Below, piece by piece: positions 1 through 9,144 of a stretch of 35,588 bases of DNA (position 1 is its first letter; each line of letters begins with the position of its first letter). The stretch covers positions 1 through 35,588 of IMG/VR virus record IMGVR_UViG_3300048861_000118; one strand, given 5' to 3'. The notes under the pieces were generated by a model. The model searched no databases, was not told the DNA's origin, and saw only the letters and a program-made list of their open reading frames with translations. Position numbers and translations under genes: made by a program. Source of the stretch: a virus (taxonomy: Duplodnaviria; Caudoviricetes).

Positions 1-1
1 C

Positions 2-2440
2 CTTGAAGCGAGCGACAAGGTCACTCGGCCGCTGCGCGATATGGCGGGCGGATCGACCAAGGCCGCACAGGCGCTCCGGGCCACGCGCGATCGGTTGAAG
101 GAGATCGAGCGCGCGCAGGCCGATGTCGGCGGGTTCCGCCAGCTCAAGGCGGGGCTCCGCTCGACTGAGACGGAATTGCAGACGGCGCGGACGAAGGTCG
201 GCCAGCTCGCCCAGCAGATGAACCAGGCGGGCGCCCCTACCCGCCAACTCACGCGCGACTTTGCCAAGGCCAAGCAGGAAGCGCAGGCGCTCAAGGATCG
301 CCATGCGCAGGAGGCTCGCCAGCTCCAGCAGCTCCGCGATCGGTTGAATGCGGCCAACATCTCGACGCGGGATCTGGCGCGTCATGAGCGGGATCTGCGC
401 GATCAGGCAGGCCGCACCACGCGCGAGCTGGAGCAGCAGTCCCGCCGCCTGGAGCTGCTCCAGCAGCGCCAGCAGCGCATGGCGGCAGGCCGGGAAGGAT
501 TCGACCGCGTCAATGGTCGCGCCGCTTCCCTCGCCGCCGGCGGCGCCGCCGCGATCGGCACTGGCGTTGTGATGGCCGCACCGATCATCGCTGCTGGCAA
601 GGAAGCGATGGAATTCGAAAGCCGCATGACCGACATCGCTCAGAAGGCGGATATGTCGCGTGCGGCGGCAGCCGGCATGGGCCATGAGCTGCTCGGCGCG
701 GCCAAGGCGGCCAACCAGCTCCCGCAGGCCATTCAGGAAGGCGTGGATACGCTCGCCGGCTTCGGCCTCGCCGTGCCCGACGCGCAGCAGATGGTGACGC
801 CGATCGGCCGCGCCGCGACCGCCTACAAGGCCGAAATGGCTGACCTCGCCGCCGCTGCGTTCGCGGCGAAGGACAACCTGAAGGTGCCGATCGATCAGAC
901 CGCCAAGGTGATCGATGTGATGGCATCGGCCGGAAAGGCCGGCGCCTTCGAAATCAAGGATATGGCGCAGTATTTCCCAACGCTGACCGCCGCCTATCAG
1001 GGCTACGGGCAGAAGGGTGTCGGCGCGGTCGCGGATCTGTCCGCCGCCTTGCAGATCACCCGAAAGGGAGCAGGCGACGCTGCGTCGGCAGCGACCAACC
1101 TTCAGAATGTCCTTCAGAAGCTGGCGTCGCCCGACACCGTCCGCGCGTTCAAGAAGAATTACAACGTCGATCTCCCGGCCGCGCTGAAGAAGGCGTATGC
1201 GGAGGGCAAGACGCCGATCGAGGCCCTCGCTGAGATCACCAACCGAACCCTGAAGGGCGATCTCAGCAAACTCTCCACCCTGTACAGCGATGCGCAGGTG
1301 CAGCAGGGCCTGCGCCCGCTCATCCAGAACATGGACGAGTATCGCCGGATCCGGAAAGAGGCTGGCGCCGCCAACGGCGTGACCGATACCGACTTCATCG
1401 AGCGCATGAACGACAGCGCCGAGAAGGCGAAGGCGCTGGAGATCCGCGCCAAGACGCTCTCCGTCGTCATGGGCGAGCAGTTGAAGCCAGTCTTCGATCC
1501 ACTGGCGGACAAGGCTCGTGAGCTGGCCGATCGGTTTGCGGGCTGGGCGGAAAAGAACCCGACCTTGGTCAGGGGGCTGGCGTTGGCCGCGATCGGCATG
1601 GCCGGGCTGTTCGTCGTGCTGGGCGGCGGCGCGATCGTCATCGCTGGCCTCCTCGCTCCGTTCGCCGCGCTCTCTTTCGCTGCCGGCGCGTTGGAGCTCG
1701 CCTTGCTGCCAACCATCGGCATCGCCGTCGCGATCATCGCGGGCCTCGCCCTGCTCGGCGTTGCCGGCTACGCACTATGGTCGAAGTGGGATGAGATCGG
1801 GGCCTATTTCAGCGGGCTCTGGCAGCGCATCTCGGATGGCTTTTCGGGAGCCGTCGCCGCGATCGGCGCGAAGATCTCCGAATGGACGGCGCTAGGCGGC
1901 CATCTGATCCAAGGCGTGATCGACGGCATCACTGGCAAGTTGGCGGCCTTGAAGTCGACCGTCGTCGGCGCCGCCGGCGCGGCCGCTGGTTGGTTCAAGG
2001 AACGGCTCGGCATTCACTCGCCGTCGCGCGTGTTCATGGGCTTCGGCGGCTTCATGATGGAGGGGCTTAGCGAGGGGATCGACGCCGGCACCGATGGGCC
2101 GACCCAGCGGATCGGAGATCTCTCCCGTAAGCTCACCGACCAGATGAGCGGCGCCGGCAACCAGCAGCGGCTTGGCGGCCTGTCGCGCCAGATCGGTGCG
2201 GCGCTGGCGATCGGAGCCGCCGTTCCGGCCGTCGCCGCGCCGTCCGGTGCGGCGGGCGCCGGCGGGGCAGGGGGGGCGACCGCTCCCACCAGCCGCGTGT
2301 TCAATATCACGATCAACCAGCAAGCGGGGCAGAGCGCGCAGGATCTGGCGAAGATGGTCGCCGACGAGATCGACCGGCGCGAGCGTCAGCAGGGCGCCGC
2401 CCAGCGCTCCAGCTATGCCGACACCCCCGATTGGGACTGA
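2..2440 (+). CDS. Tail tape measure protein (P2 gpT-like, TP901 core), 5' end probably outside window
   Basis: Frame is open upstream of ATG 41 (LEASDKVTRPLRDM); coiled-coil N-term, hydrophobic segments, LGIHSPSRVF motif; followed by U and D. Confidence 0.93.
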   Translation, partial: LEASDKVTRPLRDMAGGSTKAAQALRATRDRLKEIERAQADVGGFRQLKAGLRSTETELQTARTKVGQLAQQMNQAGAPTRQLTRDFAKAKQEAQALKDRHAQEARQLQQLRDRLNAANISTRDLARHERDLRDQAGRTTRELEQQSRRLELLQQRQQRMAAGREGFDRVNGRAASLAAGGAAAIGTGVVMAAPIIAAGKEAMEFESRMTDIAQKADMSRAAAAGMGHELLGAAKAANQLPQAIQEGVDTLAGFGLAVPDAQQMVTPIGRAATAYKAEMADLAAAAFAAKDNLKVPIDQTAKVIDVMASAGKAGAFEIKDMAQYFPTLTAAYQGYGQKGVGAVADLSAALQITRKGAGDAASAATNLQNVLQKLASPDTVRAFKKNYNVDLPAALKKAYAEGKTPIEALAEITNRTLKGDLSKLSTLYSDAQVQQGLRPLIQNMDEYRRIRKEAGAANGVTDTDFIERMNDSAEKAKALEIRAKTLSVVMGEQLKPVFDPLADKARELADRFAGWAEKNPTLVRGLALAAIGMAGLFVVLGGGAIVIAGLLAPFAALSFAAGALELALLPTIGIAVAIIAGLALLGVAGYALWSKWDEIGAYFSGLWQRISDGFSGAVAAIGAKISEWTALGGHLIQGVIDGITGKLAALKSTVVGAAGAAAGWFKERLGIHSPSRVFMGFGGFMMEGLSEGIDAGTDGPTQRIGDLSRKLTDQMSGAGNQQRLGGLSRQIGAALAIGAAVPAVAAPSGAAGAGGAGGATAPTSRVFNITINQQAGQSAQDLAKMVADEIDRRERQQGAAQRSSYADTPDWD

Positions 2441-2443
2441 CAC

Positions 2444-2842
2444 ATGACGGCCATCCTCTCTCTCGGCACCTTCGTCTTCAAGATCGACACGCTGCTCCAC
2501 GACGAGTTGGTGAGGCGCACCGCGTGGAAGCATGAGCGCCAGCCGCGTGTCGGTGCGCGGGCGGCCAACCAGTTCAACGGCCCCGGTGACGATATCATCT
2601 CGATCAACGGCACTGCATGGGCGGAATTGCAGGACGGCCGCGCCTCACTCGATCAGCTCCGCGAGATGGGCGATCAGGGCGGGATCTGGCCGCTGATCGA
2701 CGGCGCCGGGCGCGTGCTGGGCTCGTTCGTCATCGAAAATCTGGATGAGCGGACGCGGCACTGGTTTCCGAATGGCGAGGCCCGCAAGATCGATTTCGGC
2801 CTCGATCTCGCCCGCGTTGATGACGTGGAGGCGAAGGCGTGA
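2444..2842 (+). CDS. Phage tail protein, P2 gpU family
   Basis: LGTFVF...RVGARAANQFNGPGDDIISING...LIDGAGRVLG motif, position after tape measure. Confidence 0.92.
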   Translation: MTAILSLGTFVFKIDTLLHDELVRRTAWKHERQPRVGARAANQFNGPGDDIISINGTAWAELQDGRASLDQLREMGDQGGIWPLIDGAGRVLGSFVIENLDERTRHWFPNGEARKIDFGLDLARVDDVEAKA

Positions 2843-3879
2843 CCGTCGTCGTCGCCAACCAGTCCGATTACCGCGTCACCGTAGATGGAAAGGATATCAC
2901 TGGCTTTTTGCGGACCGGGACAAAGGACAGCGCCGGGCGCCCCCGTCCTCGTCTCGTGTCGCTCAGCATCAACGACAAGCCCGAGGAGGCCGATCAGCTC
3001 GATCTGGTGATCGACGACACCGACGGCCGCGTCGACATCCCCAGCCTCGGCGTCACCGTCCATGTCTGGATCGGTTGGAAGGCCGGGCCGGATGTTCAGG
3101 TTGGCCTGATCGACAAGGGTAGCTTCACCGTGGATGAGGTGAGCCATAGTGGTCCGCCGGACATCATCACCATCCGCGCGCGTTCTGCGGACTTCACGGC
3201 GGCCAGCTCGCTGCGCACGCGGAAATCGAAGGCGTGGCACGGCAAGACTCTCGGAGACGTGGTCCGCGATGTCGCGCATAGGCAGAAGCTCACGCCGCAT
3301 ATCTCCGCCGATCTGGATGCGATCCACGTTGATGCCGTGCATCAGAGCCGGGAAAGCGACGCAGCCTTCCTGCGCCGCCTCGGCCGCGAGCATGACGCCG
3401 TCGCGAAGATCAAGGCGGGCAAACTCGTCTTCTCGCGCAAGGGCACGGGAACCACCGCCAGCGGCAAGAAGATGCCCGCCCTCGTCATCAACCGGCGGGA
3501 TGGCGATAAGCACAGTTACGAGGTGAAAAAGCGCGAGGAAGTGACGGGCGTCACCGCCTCCTATCACGATCGGGGCGAAGCCAAGCATGAGCGCGCTGTG
3601 GTCGGCGAGAAGAAGCACGCCAAGCACCTGTCACGCGTCTACGCCACCAAGGAGGCGGCCGAGCGCGCGGCGAAGGCGGCGATGGCCCGCAGCAAGCGCT
3701 TTCCGGCAACTTTCAATCATACGATGGCGCTGGGGCGCGGCGACGTCTACCCGGAGCAGCACGCCACGGTGCGCGGGTTCAAGCCGAAGATCGATGCGCA
3801 AAAATGGCTGGTCGGTGAGGTCACGCATACGGTCACCGACCAAGGCTTCAGCACCGCTGTCAAATATGAGCCGGCATGA
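2839..3879 (+). CDS. Late control / baseplate hub protein, P2 gpD family
   Basis: DKGSFTVDEVSHSGPPD-ITIRARSADF and QSRESDAAFLRRL motifs; GTG start overlaps U stop. Confidence 0.93.
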   Translation: MTVVVANQSDYRVTVDGKDITGFLRTGTKDSAGRPRPRLVSLSINDKPEEADQLDLVIDDTDGRVDIPSLGVTVHVWIGWKAGPDVQVGLIDKGSFTVDEVSHSGPPDIITIRARSADFTAASSLRTRKSKAWHGKTLGDVVRDVAHRQKLTPHISADLDAIHVDAVHQSRESDAAFLRRLGREHDAVAKIKAGKLVFSRKGTGTTASGKKMPALVINRRDGDKHSYEVKKREEVTGVTASYHDRGEAKHERAVVGEKKHAKHLSRVYATKEAAERAAKAAMARSKRFPATFNHTMALGRGDVYPEQHATVRGFKPKIDAQKWLVGEVTHTVTDQGFSTAVKYEPA

Positions 3880-3911
3880 CGGGGCGGCGCGATATCATTG
3901 TCGGCCGACCC

Positions 3912-4502
3912 TTAAAGCCGCGCGCAAAATGCCGCCGCAACGGGGTAGGCGGCGCAGTAGGCGCGGGCGAGCTGCTCGTTGCCGGCGGTCCAGAAGCCGA
4001 TCTCATGGGCGCGGGCAAGGATCTCGTCGCCAGACAGCCCACGGCGCGCCTGGTCGGCCAGCTCGGCCGCCTGCGCTGTGAAATGGGCGATGCGCCGATC
4101 CCCCGCCGCGATCTCGACATTGATGCTTGTGACCGGACCTTTCGCGAGGGGCCGGCCCGCCGCCACGTCGGCCGCGATCGTCGCCATCGCATCCGCCGCG
4201 GCGTGGAAGGCGATAATGCCGTCGTCGCCGGCGGTGACGCGGATTGCGATATTGAGAACCGGCGCGGAGTAGGCCCCAAGCACGACCGAACTACTTACGG
4301 GTACAGCGCTCTTGGCTATAGCAGCCCGCGAGTCGGTTATAGAAGATGCGGACTTGTCGCCATGGTTGCCAATAGCGGTGATTATGACGGGGAAAAGAAC
4401 GAGCATTGCGAAGATAGAGGCGCCTATCGCTACCATCTTGCGCCGGCTCTGCTTGGCCTTTGCAACAACTTGTTTCGGATGCGTATCTAGTTTTGCAGAC
4501 AT
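3912..4502 (-). CDS. Hypothetical membrane-anchored protein (moron position)
   Basis: 196 aa; basic N-term then one hydrophobic helix (VAIGASIFAMLVLFPVIITAI); AT-richer 5' end; opposite strand to tail genes. Confidence 0.65.
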   Translation of the reverse strand: MSAKLDTHPKQVVAKAKQSRRKMVAIGASIFAMLVLFPVIITAIGNHGDKSASSITDSRAAIAKSAVPVSSSVVLGAYSAPVLNIAIRVTAGDDGIIAFHAAADAMATIAADVAAGRPLAKGPVTSINVEIAAGDRRIAHFTAQAAELADQARRGLSGDEILARAHEIGFWTAGNEQLARAYCAAYPVAAAFCARL

Positions 4503-4599
4503 ATTTTATCTCTGTTAAAAGCCATGCGGCAAAGGCGGTCATCGTGGCGGGAGCGCGCAGCATCTTCCCCTTTCCTACAGGGGGCGAGCAGGGCTATCG

Positions 4600-4614
4600 G
4601 AACGAAACAGGAAC
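4600..4614. promoter_or_regulatory. Alphaproteobacterial LexA (SOS) box
   Basis: GAAC-GAAACAG-GAAC = GAAC-N7-GAAC in an intergenic region. Confidence 0.75.
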
Positions 4615-4642
4615 GAAGGTGCGTGGAGTGAGTGGGTCCAAT

Positions 4643-4906
4643 GTGTATCGTGGCGTGGCGAAGTGTCGTGTCGGCTGCCCTCGGTGTGAGGTGCGCTGTT
4701 CAGTGTTGATGAATCTTCGGGAGGACGCGCGTGCTCGCGTCGAGGCCTTGCGTGGCCGGCTCGATCCGGTTCCCTCGGTATCTCTGGCCGCCGAGCTGCG
4801 TGCGGCAAGCGCGAGGCTGGAGGAGGTGGATCGGATGAGCCGGGCGGCAATGCCATGGGTGCGCCGCAACCGGGCGGGCGGCGAGCCGCTGGTGGCTGTG
4901 GGGTGA
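4643..4906 (+). CDS. Small Cys-rich protein downstream of LexA box (candidate antirepressor); start uncertain (GTG 4619/4628/4643/4655)
   Basis: Cx3Cx2Cx3C motif then helical region; GGAG upstream; converges on repressor gene. Confidence 0.55.
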   Translation: MYRGVAKCRVGCPRCEVRCSVLMNLREDARARVEALRGRLDPVPSVSLAAELRAASARLEEVDRMSRAAMPWVRRNRAGGEPLVAVG

Positions 4907-4911
4907 TGCCT

Positions 4912-4950
4912 CCTCACCCGCCGCGCTGCCGTCAGGCGCGGCGGGTGAGG
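4912..4950. terminator. 15-bp perfect hairpin between convergent genes
   Basis: CCTCACCCGCCGCGC-N9-GCGCGGCGGGTGAGG; no U-tract, so terminator role is inferred from position. Confidence 0.55.
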
Positions 4951-5477
4951 GGCAGCTCTCCATGATTGTCGTCGTGGGCGCCGTCATGCTCCTCGATCTC
5001 CAACGGGCCTTCCACGCCCCGCAAGCCGGGCGCGAGCGACTGCGCCAGCAGCTTCGCGATCTCTTCGCGTGGCTGCGTCAGATCGATTGTCGACAGGATG
5101 GTGTCGAACATCTCGATCAGCGCGATCTCGGGCGGAAGGTTGTCAGCCGGGTTGGTGCTGCCGGCGGTGTCGTTGAGGATCGCGGCGATCACGCGCGCGA
5201 TCGTGGCCCGGTCCGTCTCGGAGGCCAACCGCACCTTGCCGACCCAATCGGCATCGCCGGCCGGAGCCAGATTGCCGCTGGGGGTGCCCGTTACAAGGAA
5301 GCCGACATCGACGCCAGCGCCTGCCAAAAGCGCCAGATAATCGGCGTCGGGCGCGCGATCTCCCTTCTCATAATTGGTCTGCGCTCTCAACGACACCTGC
5401 CCGAGCGCCGCCATTTCGGCCTGATTAAGGCCGAGGCGTTTCCGCTCAGAACGGAGACGTCTGCAAAATACGCTCAA
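4932..5477 (-). CDS. Phage immunity repressor, XRE/Cro-C1 HTH, no S24 peptidase domain
   Basis: RLRSERKRLGLNQAEMAALGQVSLRAQTNYEKGDRAPDADYL HTH; TTG start at 5477 with GAGGA RBS; divergent from early operon. Confidence 0.85.
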   Translation of the reverse strand: MSVFCRRLRSERKRLGLNQAEMAALGQVSLRAQTNYEKGDRAPDADYLALLAGAGVDVGFLVTGTPSGNLAPAGDADWVGKVRLASETDRATIARVIAAILNDTAGSTNPADNLPPEIALIEMFDTILSTIDLTQPREEIAKLLAQSLAPGLRGVEGPLEIEEHDGAHDDNHGELPLTRRA

Positions 5478-5555
5478 ATGTGCAATGTCCTCTTGATAAC
5501 ACGCACGAGTGTGCGTATTATTCCACTCGTTTCCACTGCCGAGTGTGTTGCACAT
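5478..5555. promoter_or_regulatory. Lysis/lysogeny switch region with candidate operators
   Basis: ATGTGCAA (5478-5485) and its inverse TTGCACAT (5548-5555) flank the region; internal ACGCAC-N4-GTGCGT dyad and tandem TTCCACT repeats. Confidence 0.55.
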
Positions 5556-5850
5556 GTCGCGATCAAAAGTCTCCCCCGAAGAAGGGTCGACCAAGCGCAA
5601 GGGGCTAGATCCTGCGCGGGTTGCGGCGGCGCGGCGCCGCATCGAGCTATCGGGTACCAACATATCGGATTGGGCTCGCAGGCGTGGGTTCGACATCAAA
5701 CTCGTTCACGAAGTGCTGTCAGGCCATCGGCCCTGCACCCGAGGGCAATCATACCGCATCGCCATTCTCCTCGACCTCAAGGACGGGGCCTTGGACGACA
5801 TCGATCAGCGACTCGGTGGATCGCCGGTTGGGAACGCCGATCATGAATAA
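5554..5850 (+). CDS. Cro/Cox-like DNA-binding protein (BcepMu gp16-like family)
   Basis: NISDWARRRGFDIKLVHEVLSGHRPCTRGQSYRIAILL motif; first gene of early operon, divergent from repressor. Confidence 0.8.
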   Translation: MSRSKVSPEEGSTKRKGLDPARVAAARRRIELSGTNISDWARRRGFDIKLVHEVLSGHRPCTRGQSYRIAILLDLKDGALDDIDQRLGGSPVGNADHE

Positions 5851-5907
5851 TCGGGTCCGTAATGTCCCCTGCAATCGCCACTTTTTTGTGAACGGACGCT
5901 AACGAGC

Positions 5908-6366
5908 ATGACACTCAAGCGCGATACGCTGGGCATTCCCGGCGCAGTCCAAAAGGTGGTTGGCCTGATCGGAGCCGACAAAGCGGCACTGTTGGTCAAT
6001 AAAAGCAGCCGGATAGTCTATTATTGGGCAGAAGAGGGCGATCCGCGTACGCCGTCTGTGATCGAAGCCGCTACGCTCGACGCGGCCTATATTCAGGCTG
6101 GCGGCACCTATCCTCCCATTCAGACAGCCCTTGCCGCGATGATCGACGCGATGACAACCGCGCCATCGCGCGGCGCTCTGGCAGACGAGCTGGCTGAAGT
6201 GTCGAAAGAATGCGGCGAAGCTGTTGCGGCCGGCATCAAGGTGCTCGGCGGCGACGTGTCGGAACCCGACATCCGCCGGGCGCTGGTCGAGGTGCATGAG
6301 GGCGTGGCGCATATGGGCGGCCTCGCCCGCCGGCTGATGGCGATGCTCGAAGAGAGCGCCGCGTGA
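5908..6366 (+). CDS. CII-like regulatory protein
   Basis: N-terminal HTH-like segment (AALLVNKSSRIVYYW) with helical C-term (KECGEAVAA); position after Cro-like gene as in phage 186. Confidence 0.6.
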   Translation: MTLKRDTLGIPGAVQKVVGLIGADKAALLVNKSSRIVYYWAEEGDPRTPSVIEAATLDAAYIQAGGTYPPIQTALAAMIDAMTTAPSRGALADELAEVSKECGEAVAAGIKVLGGDVSEPDIRRALVEVHEGVAHMGGLARRLMAMLEESAA

Positions 6367-6695
6367 GGTCGTTCAAGCGCCAGCGCATCCCCGGCATCGC
6401 CTGCATGACGTGCGGCGCTCGCTCGATCGCACGCACCAGCGAGCAGGTGACACCGACCGTGCGCGAGGTGCGCTACGTCTGCGAAGATCCCGGATGTGAG
6501 GAAAGCTTTCTCGCGCAGGTGGCCGTGGTGCGGGTGATCCGCCCCAGCCTGAAGAAACTCCGTCCCGCCGGCGCACCGGCCGAGATCGCGTCGGATGCCA
6601 GCGTCCGCCGCCTCGCGCCAGCCAAGCGCTCCGATCCCGAACCTGATCCCCATCATGGCGATCTTCTGGCTCCGTTGATGACCAGCACCGCCTAG
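6363..6695 (+). CDS. ogr: Ogr/Delta-like zinc-finger late transcription activator
   Basis: CMTCGARSIARTS...VREVRYVCEDPGCEESF C4 zinc finger. Confidence 0.88.
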   Translation: MRSFKRQRIPGIACMTCGARSIARTSEQVTPTVREVRYVCEDPGCEESFLAQVAVVRVIRPSLKKLRPAGAPAEIASDASVRRLAPAKRSDPEPDPHHGDLLAPLMTSTA

Positions 6696-6784
6696 CCGGA
6701 CCGCAGGGTCCACCTCCTTTCCGACCACCCGCGACGCGCCCCCTTCGGCGCGAACGCTTTCGCTTTGCCCGGAGACATCACACC

Positions 6785-6904
6785 ATGGCCAACCGAGAGA
6801 AGACGAAGTCGAGACTCATTGCCTGCGCCACCATCGTGCTGGCGCTGATCGCAGCGCCGTTCCTGCTGGTGACGATCGCCGCCCAGACTGGTGATCGCCG
6901 GTGA
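6785..6904 (+). CDS. Small membrane peptide (39 aa)
   Basis: GGAG RBS, MANREKTKSRLIACATIVLALIAAPFLLVTIAAQTGDRR, stop overlaps next GTG. Confidence 0.55.
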   Translation: MANREKTKSRLIACATIVLALIAAPFLLVTIAAQTGDRR

Positions 6905-7179
6905 TCCACGTCCTCAATGCCGACGATCGCCGCGAGCAGCTCGGCAACTTCGTCCGCGCCAGTCGGATCCAGGCGGGCCTGACGATCGAGCAGACGGCCG
7001 AGCGCATCACGCGCAACGCCGCCACCACCCGTCATCACGGCCTGGTCCTCTCGCTGATCGAGGACGGCCGCCACCTCCCCACCGATGCCTACATCGATCG
7101 GATCGTCGCCGTGCTGCCCATCAACCCGCGTCTCCTCCGCACCTTGGCCGCGCCGACCGCGTCGGCCACCCGGCACTGA
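6901..7179 (+). CDS. HTH-like DNA-binding protein
   Basis: LGNFVRASRIQAGLTIEQTA...LSLIEDG XRE-like pattern. Confidence 0.6.
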   Translation: MIHVLNADDRREQLGNFVRASRIQAGLTIEQTAERITRNAATTRHHGLVLSLIEDGRHLPTDAYIDRIVAVLPINPRLLRTLAAPTASATRH

Positions 7180-7185
7180 AAGGCC

Positions 7186-7389
7186 GTGTCGATGACCTGT
7201 TCTTTCTGCGGTGACGGCGATTTCTATGAGGCGCCCGACGCCGGCGATCTCGCCGACTTCGTCCGCGCGCTCGTTGCCGGCGACTTGGCGCTCGCACGGA
7301 TACTCGTCTCGCGAATCTTCCCCGACGCACCATCGGCCGCCGTCTGTGAGCGGGCGATGGCGACACCCCAGACAGTGAGGGCTGCATAA
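7186..7389 (+). CDS. Hypothetical protein
   Basis: 67 aa, CSFC motif, translationally coupled to next gene. Confidence 0.55.
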   Translation: MSMTCSFCGDGDFYEAPDAGDLADFVRALVAGDLALARILVSRIFPDAPSAAVCERAMATPQTVRAA

Positions 7390-8003
7390 TGTCCGACGGC
7401 AACATCGCAGCGGACCAGCTCCGCCTCTACATCGAGCGCATCGAGCGGCTCGAAGAAGAGAAAAAAGGCCTTCAGGACGACACCAAGGACGTCTACCTCG
7501 AAGCGAAATCGCAGGGCTACGACCCCAAGACGATGCGCACCATCGTCCGGCTGCGGAAGATGGAGAAGGGCGCCCGCGACGAGGCGGAATCGCTCCTCGA
7601 AACCTACAAGACCGCGCTGGGCATGGACAGTGAGCCGAGCAGGCCTCGGATCTCCCGCGCGCCCGATCGCCGCCCCGATCCTGCGCCGCCGGCATCTCCG
7701 CCCAGCGCCGACTTGCACGACCTGTATGTCACCGCCGTGGGCGTCGTAACCGGCCAAGGCAGTACCTCGACCTCCTTCCTCCAACGCCAGCTACGGATCG
7801 GCTACAATTCGGCCGCCCGCTTGGTCGAGCAGATGGAGCGCGACGGCATAGTCGGGGCACCAGATCACGTCGGGCGCCGGGAACTGCTGCTGGATGCTGC
7901 CGGCGCCGCACAAGCGATCGTTGATGCGGATCTGCGAAAGCTTTCGGGCGCCGTGAAACCCGGTGATCCGGCGGAGCCGGTGTCTGCGCAGGGGCTCAAC
8001 TGA
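7389..8003 (+). CDS. GapR/DUF2312 nucleoid protein fused to an FtsK gamma (KOPS-binding) domain
   Basis: aa ~1-79 [20 protein letters not shown]...[14 protein letters not shown]...[11 protein letters not shown] (GapR); Pro-rich linker; [30 protein letters not shown] (FtsK gamma). Confidence 0.88.
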   Translation: MSDGNIAADQLRLYIERIERLEEEKKGLQDDTKDVYLEAKSQGYDPKTMRTIVRLRKMEKGARDEAESLLETYKTALGMDSEPSRPRISRAPDRRPDPAPPASPPSADLHDLYVTAVGVVTGQGSTSTSFLQRQLRIGYNSAARLVEQMERDGIVGAPDHVGRRELLLDAAGAAQAIVDADLRKLSGAVKPGDPAEPVSAQGLN

Positions 8004-8167
8004 TGCGCGCCCAGCCCAGCCTTGCCGCCCGCTTCGAAGCTGCCGCCGAGCCCGGCGATATCGAGGTGCTGCTCACCGCCGCCATCCTCTCCGTCGTCGG
8101 TGTCGCTATCATGGTTCTGATCGACGCCGCGCCCGAGATCCTGTCTCTCATTCGGGGAGGCTTCTGA
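8003..8167 (+). CDS. Small membrane protein (54 aa)
   Basis: TGATG coupling at both ends, one hydrophobic helix. Confidence 0.55.
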   Translation: MRAQPSLAARFEAAAEPGDIEVLLTAAILSVVGVAIMVLIDAAPEILSLIRGGF

Positions 8168-8685
8168 TGTCCGCCCACGGCTACAGCTACCATCCCGTCG
8201 CGAAGGGCGGTGCGTTCGAAGTCACCAACGCCGGCCGCGTGATGGCCACCACCACGGATCGGCTGGACGCGGCCGCGATCGTTCACGCACTCGCCAGCCA
8301 GCAGCCGGTGTTCGTCGGCGTCGACTTCGGGACGGGCGACGATATCGGCGCCGCCGTGGTCGCCGAACCGCGCAACTTTCGCGACCTCTTCGTCCACAAG
8401 GCGCGGCAGGGCCGCGATCCGCGGTTCGAGGCGGTGATCCGCCGGCACGCGCTGGAGCATGATTATCGCAGCCTCGCCAACGACGGCAAGACGCTGGCGG
8501 CGCTCGGCCTTGCGATCGCCACGGCCTTCGCGATCGGCGAGGCCGGCGGCCGCCGGGGCGTGCAGGAGGTGATCCACACGGCCCTGATCGACGCGGACTA
8601 TCTGGTGCTGGCGAACGACCGCCACTTCTCGGCCGAGGTAGCTGACCAGGCGCTCGCCTTCTTTGCGCCGGAGATGGCCGAGTGA
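8167..8685 (+). CDS. Hypothetical early protein
   Basis: GGAGG RBS, coupled start MSAHGYSY, GC3-rich codons. Confidence 0.65.
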   Translation: MSAHGYSYHPVAKGGAFEVTNAGRVMATTTDRLDAAAIVHALASQQPVFVGVDFGTGDDIGAAVVAEPRNFRDLFVHKARQGRDPRFEAVIRRHALEHDYRSLANDGKTLAALGLAIATAFAIGEAGGRRGVQEVIHTALIDADYLVLANDRHFSAEVADQALAFFAPEMAE

Positions 8686-8933
8686 TCGCCACCACCCCGT
8701 CGCCGATCGCCGCCACGCTCGGCACCGACATTTGCATCCTGTCGGTCGAGGTGGCGAAGACCACCATCGGCCAGATCGTCGCCTATGAGCTGGGCCGGCT
8801 GGAAATGCAGGTCGGCCTCAAGGCTGGCCGCATCAGAGAGGCGACGGTGCGGGCGGTGACCGAGCAGATCATCACCCGCATCAACGCCCTCGATCCCGTC
8901 ACCATTTGCCAGCCGCGACCGCTTCAAGGCTGA
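8682..8933 (+). CDS. Hypothetical early protein
   Basis: 83 aa, GTGA overlap with upstream gene. Confidence 0.6.
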   Translation: MIATTPSPIAATLGTDICILSVEVAKTTIGQIVAYELGRLEMQVGLKAGRIREATVRAVTEQIITRINALDPVTICQPRPLQG

Positions 8934-9097
8934 TGCTCATCCGGCTGTTCCGCCGGCCGCAGACGGCCACGGCATCCGAGCTGGGGCGCGCGATGCGTGC
9001 CGAGCAGGAACGCCAGTGGCGCGAGCGGCGGGACGCCAAAACAGCCGAGCTGCTGGCCGGGCTGGCAAAGCGGACGCTGCCAGCGCCGCCCGACTGA
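8933..9097 (+). CDS. Hypothetical early protein
   Basis: TGATG coupling, 54 aa. Confidence 0.5.
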   Translation: MLIRLFRRPQTATASELGRAMRAEQERQWRERRDAKTAELLAGLAKRTLPAPPD

Positions 9098-9144
9098 TCG
9101 CCGCCAGCGCATTTTCTTGTTCCTTGCTTACCGGGTATTATCAC

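Noticed and set aside
4493-4520. Possible dif site (TTGCAGACATA-TTTTAT-CTCTGTTAAAA) in the KOPS convergence zone
   Set aside because: Only a partial XerD-arm resemblance, lacks the TTATG core and overlaps a start codon; needs a host dif profile search
4912-4950. Hairpin arms contain CTCACC/GGTGAG, the Rep iteron core
   Set aside because: Lacks the C-tract of true iterons; position between convergent genes explains it as a terminator-like hairpin
5478-5699. Extended N-terminus of repressor (255-aa ORF call)
   Set aside because: Overlaps the divergent Cro-like gene; TTG at 5477 with RBS gives a normal HTH start
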